Origin: Callorhinchus milii
Lineage: Eukaryota
Direction of reading: 5' to 3'
DNA: 64,000 nt
NCBI RefSeq assembly: GCF_018977255.1
Contig: NW_024704742.1
Span: 91,204,001 to 91,268,000, forward strand
This document shows positions 51,141 to 64,000 of the stretch, piece after piece. Below the pieces are notes generated by a model, which searched no databases, was not told where the DNA came from, and saw nothing but the letters and a program-made list of their open reading frames with translations. The position numbers and the translations under genes were made by a program. Position 1 is the first letter of the stretch, and every line of letters starts with the position of its first letter.

Positions 51141-52424
51141 CAATTGAACAATTAAAGATTATATGGGAAAAAACTTAAAACTATTATCATTTTAAGAATT
51201 TGAAGGAGAATAGTAAGTTATACTTCCTCAACTTCCGCTCTAATAATATTTGAGTTTCTAACCAAAAGAGTTTGCACAGATAAATGTGAAAGTTTATCAA
51301 GTTTAAAAATATATGCAAAACATGTTCCAAGATGCACCAAGTCAAAAAGAGAGCAGGTGATATTGGTGAGGTTAAACTTCTCAAGATACTTTACAAAAAA
51401 AATGAGGATCACAGAAAAAGGAAAAAAGGGAGATTAACAAAGTGTTGACCAAATGTCAAAGCAATAATTTTTTTAAAGAGGGCTTTGAAAGCATGGAGGG
51501 AAAGACAAATTCTGATAGGATTTGGGGAGTTTGTTCCAGAGTGTACCATAATGACGAAAGACTCACACAGAAGAAGTGAAAACGTGCTCATGCTTGCTTG
51601 TTCAATACATGCATGCGAGGATAATAAGCTGCAACGTTTGGGTGAGTTGGAGGTTATGCTGGGTGCAGATGGGAAAGCCAGCAGAGGCTATCAAGGAGAA
51701 CGCTGGAGAAATCTAGCCTCTAAGTGGCAAAAACATGAATGAGGGTTTTTGCTGTGGAGGGCTGAGATGCAATACAATACAAAATTACATTTGCATAGCG
51801 CCTTTCACATTGGGAGGATGTCCCAAGATGCTGGAGAGAGAGATGCATGAAAGCAAAGTTCAAGAGATGAAAGAAGATAAGTCTTTTAGAATGAGCTCTA
51901 GCTCTGTCTCCTGATCAACTAGAAATAATAAGAGGCAATCCATAACCTAATTTACTAATTACACAACTGTTAAAGGAATTTGACATCGAATGAAGTCATT
52001 GCTTAGAAAGAGGAATAAACAACTTGCAAATCTTCATATAAAGTAGTCAAAGAGGTTTAGGTTTTGAGTTGGCAATTAAATAAAACGTTAGAGGTGGAGG
52101 GAAGGAGGCAGGGAGTTCAAGAGGTTAAACACTATTTCCCTAAATGGAAGGCTGAAGGTTAACAAAATAAGTATGCGGTGGCAGGCAAAATGTTAGCAGC
52201 ATTATTTCCTGAGACAAATTAAACTCACTTGGGTAAAAATAATGATACAGTCTTTTGACTGCCAGATATAAATGCCAAAGCATGACATTTACTAACCTTC
52301 GGACTAAAATAAGAATGTGTAAATGTCTGAGGATTTTTAAGGTCATCAGAAATCTCCATCTGAAAGGAGTCTCAAATAAGCTATTTGGTACAACATTCAA
52401 ACTGCAAACTGATATTAAGCACCG

Positions 52425-52735
52425 AATAAACAACTTGCATTCATATAGCGCGTTAAAGCGTTTAACATTGGCGGAGCTTGACGCCAAGCCGGGAGAAAGG
52501 GGAAGGTGACGGTAGGCACAGTTGAAGAGGAAGGGCTTTAAGTGTGATCTGAAAAAAGGGAAGGAGGGGGCAAGGTTCAGAGATTGCGGGAGAGAGTTCC
52601 AAAGTTTCAGGTCGTAGTGGCAGAAAGCTCAGCCGCAGATGGTGGGGCGGAGGGAACGAGTAACGAGCAGGAGGATGAAGCTAGCCGAGGGAAGGTGGCA
52701 GTTGGTGGAATGGGGAGAAAGCGGGTTGGAGAGAC
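52425..52735 (-). mobile_element. L2 3' end fragment
   Basis: aacaacttgcattcatatagcgc tail and purine-rich antisense L2 3' region. Confidence 0.75.
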
Positions 52736-55700
52736 AGGTACATAGATTTACCGTAAGTGAACCGAAAAATCACTGGGTGTTCAGCAACTTACATTACAAG
52801 CCTTTGCCATTACAAGTACATTTAGGGAGGTCGGCAACAGGGCCCAAGAAAGCAGTAACCAAGTAAGTTATACTGGCTGAAATGTCACGCTCCAATAGAT
52901 TGGTAGTATGATCTTGACAACGGAGCTCATGCCCTTATCTGAAAGTGTTTATAGGTTTTTTAGGTGGTGGTATTTTGAAATCCCTATTTCAATAGTGGAG
53001 GCTTTGAGGAGCAGCACGCAATTTCTGACCCTTTAAGTCGATGCAGAACTGGGGAAAAAGGGGAATGTCCATAAGCAGAAAATAACCAATTCAATCTTCC
53101 TCCTGCATATAACCAATTTGGGGGGAGCAGATCTTTGTCTCTGAATAATTTACTTTATGAACTGCTAAAGGTACTAATTATAATATAAGCATAACACTGA
53201 TTTCCACTGAATTATTAGGCACAGCAAATTCATCATGAAATTTCCTGGAGGGTGAAGGAATACTCAAATTTTAGAATAAAATCAAATTCTATTGTATAAA
53301 AAGTTGCATTATCATAAACTATAAGCAGAGATACCCTGCCTTGGATATCATCTTCACTACTATTGGCACTTTCTAATAGAATCCAGAACATCCTTCCCAT
53401 GCATCTTGGCGCGGGACCCACCAAATTGACAGTATAACCTTCTATGTCTCCTTCAGCTCGCCATCTGAGACACTATTCACCTGCAAATTGTGCAATGCAG
53501 TCCACCACTGGGAAGCTTACAGATCCTAGGCTGCAGTGCAGTGAGTCACCACAAAAGTGCAGGAGGCAACAGCTGGAGTTTTTTCACGCTGGGTCCCTCT
53601 TGCCTTTCTTTTTTGAATTTGCGCCATAAACAAAAGAATTTTGTCTGTTCAACAAAACACTTTAGTGGCTTTGCCTGGGAATGCCTTTAGACTTTGTTGG
53701 TGCTTTTTATAGGTTTTCAGTGTGTCTTCCACTTATGGCTTGGAATACTGCCTTCCAGCATATCAAACGTTCACACCTGATGATGAGCTTCAAATTGGCT
53801 TCACAGTTCTGAAGTCATGCAATGCCAGTAGGCAATGTAGACAAAGGTCACAGTTGTCAGAAACTGACAAGGACTTTTGCGGATCTTAAAACCAGCAGCT
53901 ATTAACTGATGGAAAGGTTTCATTCACTCATAATGGTTGTTTATGGCAGAAAAAGAACTGATTGGGAACGTACAAGGAGAAGACTCGATAACCAAGACAG
54001 CTATTGTAAAAAGCAAAATTCTTAAAAGGAGCAGAGCTCCACATATTTTCCCTGTAGGGTGTTTTTCAATACAAGAAGCAGCTATTTCATTATTCTGGAC
54101 ACTATTACCTTACCACAAAGATGTTTGGAATTCTTCTCTAAGCAGTGAAAAAACACAAGAAAACACCAGGATGTTAGTCATAGAAATAAAGTAATGTAAA
54201 ATAAAAAAACTACTATAGATGTTTTATAAGATGGTCAAACATAGTCCCCCATTTGTCATTGCTGCCTCGGCTCACAGTTGAAATGTAGCTTCTAGTAAAT
54301 GCAGCAGAAACAGTTCATTGTGAACATGTCCAGCCTTATATTAATACTTTCCAATTCTAATGCTAAACTACATGCAGACACAAGTGCCAATTCTGTGGCG
54401 GCTTCAATAAGAGCCTGATGTTGTTTGTCAAGTTTAACAAAAATACCATAAACCATCTAACTTATTAAGTAGATACATTGAGGAGAGTCCCATATTGAGA
54501 AGTTGAGGACTTCTACAGGTCTTCTCATTAGGGTTGTGGGAATTCAATACAACAGTGGTCCAAAGATAACTGCAACTGCCCTTTTGTTAATATGTCCCAA
54601 AACTAGCACATACATGCTTAGACAGTAGGAGCCCTTTCATGGAGACTTTTAAGAAACACAAGCATGTAGAAAGATACAAGTCATTTTATTTGCTTCAATT
54701 ATGTTTGTAGAATATTAAACAAATAGAAGCAATATTTTTTGGAAGTCTGGTAAAAGACCCTTTGTTTACATAAATTAATCTATGTTACACAGAGTCGTTT
54801 CCTTAAATAGCGTTTATAATCTCTTTGCTAGAATGAAATCCTAGAAGATAGGCTAAAAATCAACATTCTTTCCAAGAGGTTCATCATTGTTAGGGTCAGG
54901 ACTAGTTATAGACATTTAGTAGAGCACATAGTACCAGCATTTCAAGTGCCCCTTTACTTGTGTGGCTGGTCTGAACTGATAAGGAACTGATGCAGTGTAA
55001 ACATACATACTCTATTAAACAGCTGGATTAAACAAATCAGAATATACTAGAATTTAACAAAACAGAGGGCATTCATTTAGCAAAAAAAATCTTAAAGGAT
55101 CAATTTACTTACAATAAAAATAGGAAACTGGGTATAAAGGAATATTCCAGAAGACTGCCTTAGATTCCTATTAGATTTGTGTATTTGTCAGTAAAATAAG
55201 CCACTAAATGTAATTGTTTTAAAAATCTTTTAACTTCACCTTGAAATATCTGACTTACCAGCCAGGGACTTCATCTTCACTGCATTTTTAAGGCTAAGGA
55301 ACAAGCAGCAGGGAGTGCTGGGAGCCAAGTTAGCTGACAGCACATCACATCTCAACATCTAGCCTCCAAATGGAGTGGAGATGGAGGAGACCAAACACCT
55401 TGTGCTGTGAGTTTGCAAGTTTGCAATTTTTAAAAAAAAGAATTACCCGCAATATTCTGTATTTTACAAGTGAATGCATCTTGGTGTATGTGAACTGCTG
55501 TAACACAAAAATGCAGATATGGTCAAACTCTCAGCGCATGTGACCAAAGGACAACATTTGTCCAATTCAGAATGTTGTTCTCTGTATTCAAAGGTTTCCT
55601 TGCCACCTTTATTTTTAACTTATCAAAAGTTCAAAGCTTCATATAAAGCGTGAAGAAATCCCAGCTGATTTAGTCTGCTATGCAAATAAAGTCTCATTAA

Positions 55701-56429
55701 CCTTGATCAGACTCAATTACAAAAGCTTTCTGAAATTCTTTATTACCATATGTCAAATCATTATACCATTAGGTTGCATTGCTTTCAATCACAGTAATGT
55801 ATTTTAAAAAGGGTTCTTTAAAGGCATAAAGGTTTGAACAAAACCCTTAACTTTATTTCCAAAATTAAAGAAATTCACTTAAAAAAAGCGAGTTTGATTT
55901 ACAACCAGAGTGAGAAGAAAAAATGTTGTTGTATCACATTTATACGATTGTGGCAGAGAGCTTTATTGCCTCCTATAAAACAATCACTTTTAACTGGTTT
56001 TTTTGAAGAGTTAAGATTAAACACTCATTATTGTCCTGAATAACCTTCCTGAGCTGCCAACTATCAAGTTGTTCAAGACGCTATAGCATTTTGGCTCAAA
56101 TAAACTAAAAACATCTGGTCCCTTTCCAGGTATTTTACTCCAAAGCCTGTGAGGGCCTCTGTCCCTGCTGGATTCATAGCCAGCAAGTGAGCCTGTCAAG
56201 CTGACCCTGGCACTTGTAAATCAAGCTCTGGCCCACCAACATCAGGCCCACATTCTATCACCTTTTCTCAGCCTGTTTGGCCACTGTACTGCTGCGAAGA
56301 CCACTCTTATCTTGTCATCAAATCAGAGCATGTTGAGAAAAGGGATTACAGAGGCATCTGCAGAATTCCCACAATCCAGTGGCTCTTGGAACACTGACAG
56401 CTGCATCTGTCATTTTATACCTTCAACTA

Positions 56430-56555
<126 letters not shown>

Positions 56556-56804
56556 TTACTGCCATAAACGCACTTATACATAGGTATAAACAGCATTTGC
56601 AGATTAAAACATTACTGAAAGAGATGTAGAGGAAGGAAGCAGTAAATCAGCAGCAAGCAAATACATGAGAATACACAGAAAATTCAATTACGTAAATTAA
56701 CAGAAAATAAAATTTGTTGTTTCAGTCACCAATAAATATTAACTTTTAATTTGAAAAATTATTTCTGATAGCACAACTCTGATCAAAATAAAATAGCATA
56801 ATAC

Positions 56805-57040
56805 AATATTACATTTGCAAAGCGCCTTTCAAGTCGGGAGGATGTCCAAAGCACTGAACAATCAGGGATTAGGACCCGAGCGGGGTGGGGAGAGGGTTGG
56901 AATCAGGGAGGGTGGAGGGCAGAGAGGGTAGGAGGCTGGCCGAAGGCACGGTCGAAGAGAAGGGTCTTGAGGCCTGGCTTGAAGGAGGCAAGTGAGGGAC
57001 CGAGGCGAAGGGAATGTGGGATGGAGTACAGACCCCTGAG
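56805..57040 (-). mobile_element. L2 3' end fragment
   Basis: Reverse complement matches 36400-36600 (acatttgcaaagcgcctttca...ggtcgaagagaagggtcttgag). Confidence 0.85.
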
Positions 57041-57184
57041 GATCCGCTTAATCCCTTCACTATTTTGACCAAGCTTCCCTAACAGCGACCCTCTGCTTCC
57101 TTCACTTCAGCCAAATACCATGTCCATGTCTTATAATAATATAATAATAATTCTTGCATTTGATTCTTGACCTTGATACTCAGA

Positions 57185-57600
57185 AACATTGGTTTGTGAA
57201 GAAGTATTTCATATGACATTTTGTCAAATGCCTTTTGAAAGTCCAGATACACATCGCTTGCTACATTCAATTTGGGACGTCACCTCCTCAAAAATGTCAA
57301 TGAGATTGGTCAGACAAGATTCATCACTTCTGCACTCATGTTGACTATCAATTTATTAAAAAAAATTATAAAACTACCATCTATTTCCCAGCTGATAATT
57401 GACTCCATCATTTTCTCAATAACTGTGGTCAGGTTGCCAAGCTCTATAATTCCCAGGTATAGTTTGTCACTCTCTTAAATTCTGTTTGGCTGTTTTCAGG
57501 CTATTGGAATCTCACCAATGTTGACTGACTCGCTTATAATTCTGTCATGGCTATACAAATTTCTGCCTTGTCTCCCAAAGTACCCTGGGGTACAGTTCAT
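57185..57600 (-). mobile_element. Degraded CR1 RT fragment
   Basis: DVYLDFQKAFDKMSY in ORF 57079..57270 is the CR1 RT motif (D.VYLDF.KAFDKV.H). Confidence 0.8.
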
Positions 57601-59489
57601 CCGTCATCTTCAGTTAAAAAAAAACTGTAAGTAGTTGTCATTTAATATATTCGCTATCTTCTGTTCATTCCCTTTCTCAACCCGATTAGATTCCCTTTGT
57701 GTTTTAACATCTTCCCTGACTACCCTCTTAATATTATAATATTAAAAGAATATCATGGCATTATGTTTGTGTTTGCAAAGGGAGTTTCTTCCAGTGTCCT
57801 TGTCAACAATCCTTTACATACAATTAGTCATTCACTTCACGGCTGTTGGGAATATTGCCTTGTTAGCCTATAAAATATAGTCACTACACTTTACTATAAA
57901 TCCTGAGAAGCCCTTTGAAATGTCCTGCCAACATCAAATTCAAGGGTTACTATTGTTATTTTATCAAATGCAAAGTTTATTTATTATAAATTAACCTTTG
58001 TCAAATAGAATCTTAGATGATTAACCAATAAATCCAGAATCTGTGCCCTACTCTTTTATGCTGTTCCAGGTTTCTTTTAGCATGTTATATTGATCTTTGA
58101 GATGTCTTGAAGACGTGATAAGGCGTTATATCAAATGCAAGGATTATTATTTTTATCTTTAAGGTCCCCTCTGAGATGTCAATTTGAGGCTGAATAGCAC
58201 TAGCTTATGAAGTCGTTCCCTATAGCACAACCCTCTAACATCTGAGAATCAGTCTCCTTGCTCAGTTACATCCTCCCAACAGCAAGGGCTCAAGATTTCA
58301 CTAATACACAGCACCCTTTTCAGGCCCAAATTATAACCGGGAACATTTGAATCTTCAACCTTCAGTGAAATTGGGTATTGAATTTTCCACTCTCAGATCC
58401 CTGCTGACTGAGATCACATAAAAAGGTGTCATGTGGCCAAGAAAGCTGTGAAGTCACTTGCTGCTGGGACCCCATAGCTGATGCTTTATGTTGGTATTTT
58501 CTAAAAACACTTGCGAGAGTGATTACAGCTGAACAGCTGGCTTGCTAGATGCTTGTGCAGGAAGTTGACCAGTTCATTCCAAGTGTGCTGGGTTTCTGGT
58601 AACCACAGGTGCACAAGAGACCCAAGTTTTAAGTAAAATTCTACTCTAGCAAAGCTGAGATGCTTAACAACAGGGTTGCCCTGTATAAGCAACATTATTA
58701 ACTACAAGTGCAGATGAGTGAGCTGAAAATTTTCTGTTAAATATTGTTCTTCCACAACAAAATTAGGCAAAGTATTCTGCTTGACTAGGCAGCAAGAATA
58801 TTATGCAGATTCAAATATTAAGCAACTTTAAAACTTGATTCAATAACAAGAATAATGCATGTTTATTACCAATAACATAGCAGAACCGTGATTAAAAATT
58901 TTCCAGCCAATTTCAAATCTAGAATAATAAGCTTTAAGATGTAAAATGAAATTAAATACTCGTCCTCTCAAACTATAGTCCTCTCAAACTGTATAATCTC
59001 AATATATCTTTCTCTCAAATGTGGAGGGGGGGTTAGGGGGTAGAAAAGAGACAAGATGTGAATACCCAGGCCTGATGCTGAGTTCAGTCTCTCTGGGCCT
59101 AGACAAAAATAAAGAGATACAGTAATTTCAAGTGATTGAAGTCTAATGTCACAGAGTGCCACTCCAAAGAGTGCCAAACCCGAGAGTTAAAGGCTGCAGA
59201 AGAAATAAGATAATCACACTTGTCCCCACTATAAGAAAGGTGAATGTGCCATTTCCGCAAAGTTGTGCTTATATATGTATGTGTGTATGGGTGGAGGGGG
59301 GGACATAAAAAGAAAAGAGGGAGAATGTCAAGTATGCAAAAGGTTTGACTACAATGGAGACAAACTGTTTGAAGTACAGACACATGATTTCATAACTTTG
59401 CAAGAAAATGTACCACTGTCCTCATCCTTATATTAATTCATTTGGCTAAAATTGTGTTCAAATCAATATTCATCAATGATTGCCCTTAC

Positions 59490-59628
59490 TTTAGTCAGCT
59501 CTTCCCGAAGATTTGCAAAGTTTTCCTCATGAATTTGAAGCTTTTTCGAAAGGTCAGCAATCATTTTCTTATTTTCTTCTTTCTCTGCTGCCATCTGCAT
59601 TTTTATTGCTGCATATTCCTTTTGAAAT
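59490..59628 (-). CDS. CCDC171: CCDC171 coding exon, 139 nt, phase 2-0
   Basis: (K)FQKEYAAIKMQMAAEKEENKKMIADLSKKLQIHEENFANLREELTK|gtaagg; frame-compatible with both neighbours; acceptor AG follows an A-run. Confidence 0.88.
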
Positions 59629-59917
59629 CTTTTTTTTTTAAAATTGCAAGATGTTAGTAATCTTTAATACAGCATTGCTAAATAAAATTTGCAGTAACAT
59701 AAAACTACAGTATTTCCACAATCTAATATGTTATTAAAATGGCAATGTCTTTATTCAATCTGATTTTTGCAGCATATTTAACTAAAGTAACTTTTATCTC
59801 ACGCTGAGCAACACCTCAGAAGAGAAAGCATTGTGCATATCCCAAGTCTGATGTCACCAGAATCAAAAGAGCATTATGCAGTCTACTAAGCGGTACAATC
59901 ACATATAGAGATTCTTA

Positions 59918-60094
<177 letters not shown>

Positions 60095-60579
60095 TTAAAA
60101 ATTGCACTGGGGCAACACTGGGGAAATTCAGCAGCAATAAATACTTTGATCAAATCTCAGTAGTTCTACAGTGTTTTGCTACATTTTTAAAAACTGACAA
60201 ATTATTTTTTAATCTCTAGTGACTGAATGATGGATGAAAGTTTGTTGCATATATAATAGACACTGTATATACTACTACATAAAAGCCCACACTCTTGCAA
60301 AAACTGCCTAAGAATAAATTATGTGTGTAAATATATGCAATTTCATTAGTCGTATCACTAATAAATCTTCAAAGGATGATAAATTAATGACAAAATAACT
60401 TTTAAAGCATCAAATAATCTCACAAACTATGTCTTAGCCCTTGTGTGTTGCAAACCAAAATAATTTCTAGGAAATATTCAAATAGATACAAATCAACCAT
60501 TAATCAGCCTTTGAAAACTGACCATAATCACTAATAATAAACTGTAAAATACTCTTATTTTTGTCCATAATATATTTGT

Positions 60580-60950
60580 AGTGCTCAGTTGGTAGAATTC
60601 TTGCCTCTAAGTCAGAAAGTCGGTTCAAGTCCATGTCGAGAGCTTGAGCTCACAGTCTAGGTTGACACTCCAGTGCAGTGTTAGAGGAGGAATTTACTTC
60701 CGATTTTAAACTGAGGTTTGCATGTTCAGTTAGATATTAAAGATCCCATAACACTATTCAGAAAGAGAAGGTAGTTTCTCCTTGGGTGCTACTCAACAAT
60801 CCTAAAAAAATGGTCATTCACATCCTGGCTATTTGTAATGCACAAATTGACTGGCACAATCAACCACAAATACATAGTCACTAAAAACTGTAATTACCAT
60901 GAAGCATTTGAAATGTTTTGGCATTATAGCTATTTACCAAATACAAAAAT
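60580..60950 (+). mobile_element. Long Deu-type SINE, degraded
   Basis: gctcagttggtagaattcttgcctctaagtcagaa..ggttcaagtcc head; gatattaaagatcccataacactattc body. Confidence 0.8.
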
Positions 60951-61077
60951 TGTTAACTATTCTTGTTGCAAAGAAGAAGCCTGATAAGGAGTCAAGCATA
61001 GGAAACTATTCATTTCTTCAATCCAGTTATAGATTGAACTATTTGGACTACACAAATAATGGTGCAGAGGGTGTTAG

Positions 61078-61480
61078 AACAACAATGAATTGCAATTATA
61101 TAGCCTCCTTCACATTAGGAGGATATCCCAAGGCCTAGACAGTCGAGGGTTTGCACCTGAGCTGGGGGTTGGATATGGAAGGGGTGGGAGCCAAGTGGTT
61201 GTGGGGTGACTGAAGGTGCAGAAAGAAGGAGAGATGGACTTCGAATGAGGTAAGGGAAGGGACTGAAGGATTGAATTCCAGAGACTGGGGGCAGATAGAC
61301 TGAAAGCTTAAATGACGATAATAGCAGGGAGTGGGGGNCATGAAATAGGCCAGAGCCAGACGAGCAGAGGGAGTGAGCCGGGTGGTAGGGTTTAAGAAGG
61401 TCGATGGAGGGATTTAAAAGTGAGGACAAGGATCCTGAACTCAATCATCTGGAGTATGGGGAAAGTGTGGAGCCAGATGA
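61078..61480 (-). mobile_element. L2 3' fragment
   Basis: gatttaaaagtgaggacaaggatcctgaactc on the minus strand reads EFRILVLTFKS; L2 tail near 61080-61135. Confidence 0.8.
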
Positions 61481-61679
61481 GGATGGGATGATAGGATTGC
61501 TTTAATAATATTAATAATAAGGCATCTTTTTAAGGTACCAAAGATATAGGTGTTTAAACAGAGAATGTTATACAGAGAAAATGTATTAAAATTACATTTG
61601 TATAGCACCTTTCACGTCGGGAGGATGACTCAAGGGGCTGATACAGAGAGAAAAGCAAGTGCTGATCAGTAACTAATAG

Positions 61680-61926
61680 AGAGAAGAGAGAAAATATCTA
61701 AATTAGAGAGCTAGAAAATTAGAAAGAGAGACAATATTTGGAAATGTGTCATCAGTTATTTGAGTTAATATTAATGAACCATAATATTGTTCCAAAATTA
61801 CATTAAACTTTTTTTGACTGCTCTATAATTATCATGTTATTTTTGACACCAAATAACTCTAGGAAAATGGAGGGCATGATGTTGCTTTATAATTGAGATT
61901 GCCTTATATTTGAAAGAATACTGAGG
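61680..61926. mobile_element. Partial second copy of the Tc1/mariner-type element at 50455-51140
   Basis: gctttataattgagattgccttatatttgaaagaatac matches gccttataattgaagtcaccttatatttgaaacaatat (51101-51138); GA-rich interior also shared. Confidence 0.6.
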
Positions 61927-63723
61927 TATCCAATTTTACCACATGGATGTCATTACGAGTTTGGATTACAATAATAGCAGAGGATTAAATGAGCGTGCTT
62001 CTGATTGCATGACTTAGAGCCACGTACATTTTTGGCAGGTTTCATATAAACATTTGAGCATTTTGCTGCTCTAACTTTCATTGCTGATTAGTTATTCTTG
62101 CAAGAATACACATCTTCAGCAGAACAACTCCCTTTCAAATGGTTTTGGGAGCCACACAGACACAGCATTAATCGGGATGGTCATATTGCATGAAAGATAT
62201 GTTTTGCAGTTTTTCTATCTATAATGCAATCAATGTTGTTCATAGTGAAACTGCCTCCACTGCAGAATCTTCCTCATATTTCAAATACAAGCACCTTGTG
62301 CAGACCAGTTCATCAATAGGAAAAATCACCAGGATAAGGTTGATTTAATGGGTTTTCTATCCTTAGGTTAGGAAAACACTAAATAACTCTTCTATGATGC
62401 ATTTTTCCTGGCCTGTTAAATAATCATTTTTCCACACGATGTCCACTTTGACTATGAGCTCATGTGTGAGCTCATGAAAATGCACCATTTTCTGATATGG
62501 AGACAAGAGCTCTACCAACTGAGCCAGGCTGATACCTAAAAATGAAAGGAACAAAAACAGGCTGGGTTGCTTGGTACGTGGAGGACACTTCCCTCGATAA
62601 ATGAGAAAATCTCTACAAAATGGGCAATCTCATTTTATATTCTCTCTCATTATCAACCTTTATATTCTAAGCAGGTTAATTAACTTCAATGGTTGGTGAG
62701 GTAAATGGTGTGTACAGGAAGGAATTGCGTGAATAGAGATGTTTTCAAGCAGAAGTAATGTTTATAGGAAAATGGTCTGGATGTAATTATTGCGCAGAGG
62801 GAGCAAAGCTTTTGGCACAAAACATAAATGCAGCAAATGGGACTGATATGTAAGCAGACTTTAGTGATGGGAACATAAGGAAGATAATGAACTCAAGGGT
62901 CACTCAGTCAAGTATTGATGGACATCCTTCAAAAACACTCTGCAGATCATGCAGGACAAGAGCATAGCCAAATGAAGCAGAGGCAAATTAAACAAACATT
63001 CAGCAATGGATCCAGATGAAAATTAATAAACAGATTAAGACAAAGTTTGAAAGAAGATCAGATCACCCTGCTAACTTCAGCACAATGCCTGGGCTGAAGA
63101 TCTCCGTGCTCGTGGAGAATATAATTTTGAGAACATCATCTATGAGCATAAAATAAAATCATCTCAGCTGGTGACCTGTAAAGCCGCATTCATGTGCTGC
63201 CTCTGGACTTGTTAACATTTATCCTTTCCCACTCTAGCTCGACCTGATCAGATAATAGCCAAACCACCACGAAAGAAACAAAAATGGCTGACATGCAGGG
63301 CATCAGGACAGCAATGAAGTTTCATCAGGCGCACAGGAGTCGACTCTGGCAGTGACATGATGACTCAGTAGTTGGTAATTTTGGCTTCCTGCACACTAAC
63401 TGGCATTTTGAAGCACCGATGTTGGCAGCCTCTTTCTGCATGCACGTGCAGTAACAATGACAATGGACGAGTAACACAGCAATCACACCGCATTATAGCG
63501 CTGGTTGCAAATCTGTGGACCCCAATTACTGCATTATACTTTTCCATCAATTATAGGATTATATGAATATTGAAAAGGGATTTTCATTAATCCATTTATT
63601 CTTTAGCCCATAATGTCTAATTTACACATTACTCAAAATACAAAACTGATTATTTCAATTCAACGAAGACAATAAAAAAAGAAGCAAATATAATTAAGAC
63701 TACATCCTAATAAAGAGAACTTA

Positions 63724-63843
<120 letters not shown>

Positions 63844-64000
63844 TCAAGTTTCTTCACTAAAGCATCAATTCGTTCGTTTGTTAGTATTCAGAGTTTTAAA
63901 AAATTCTTTCATGATTATAAAATTGAATTCTGTTGTTTAGACAACTACAACTTGCATTTTACATCACCCTTCATGCGGGTAGTGTCATTGAACGCTCAAC

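Noticed and set aside
53776..53815. Second hammerhead candidate (ctgatga...)
   Set aside because: No GAAA box after the putative stem II; the same applies to the ctgatga words near 2345, 10354 and 12491.
54290..54440. Minus-strand frame KQHQA...ELESI...LDMFT resembling a CCDC171 exon
   Set aside because: Spacing is wrong, there are no suitable splice sites, it ends in a stop, and the real exon is at 56432-56534. Most likely coincidence.
62700..63540. Possible decayed DNA-transposon (Harbinger-like) region; similar GC-richer stretches at 47400-47800 and 53300-53900
   Set aside because: No TIR pair or protein motif I could support by eye; left unannotated pending RepeatMasker.

Overview
This is vertebrate genomic DNA. 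The repeat content (abundant L2 and CR1 LINEs, Deu-domain tRNA-SINEs with L2-type tails) points to a cartilaginous fish, probably a chimaera such as Callorhinchus; that assignment is an inference. The whole window lies inside one minus-strand gene, CCDC171. I traced 14 consecutive internal coding exons from 63825 down to 8200, all with GT-AG borders and consistent phases, giving about 2466 nt / 822 aa of coiled-coil protein collinear with human CCDC171 as I recall it. The start and stop codons lie outside the window. The introns hold decayed L2 and CR1 fragments, two tRNA-derived SINE families, Tc1/mariner-type and hAT-type non-autonomous DNA elements (some nested in other repeats), a Penelope-type terminal repeat with a minimal hammerhead ribozyme motif, a perfect 17-bp minisatellite, an unnamed old 4-copy repeat, and several repeat-free blocks that look like conserved enhancers. 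Almost all ORFs in the supplied track are spurious or LINE remnants. I found no convincing novel multi-gene system. The best leads are the hammerhead motif, candidate alternative exons and unusual splice acceptors, SINE subfamily structure, and putative enhancers. Repeat boundaries are approximate.
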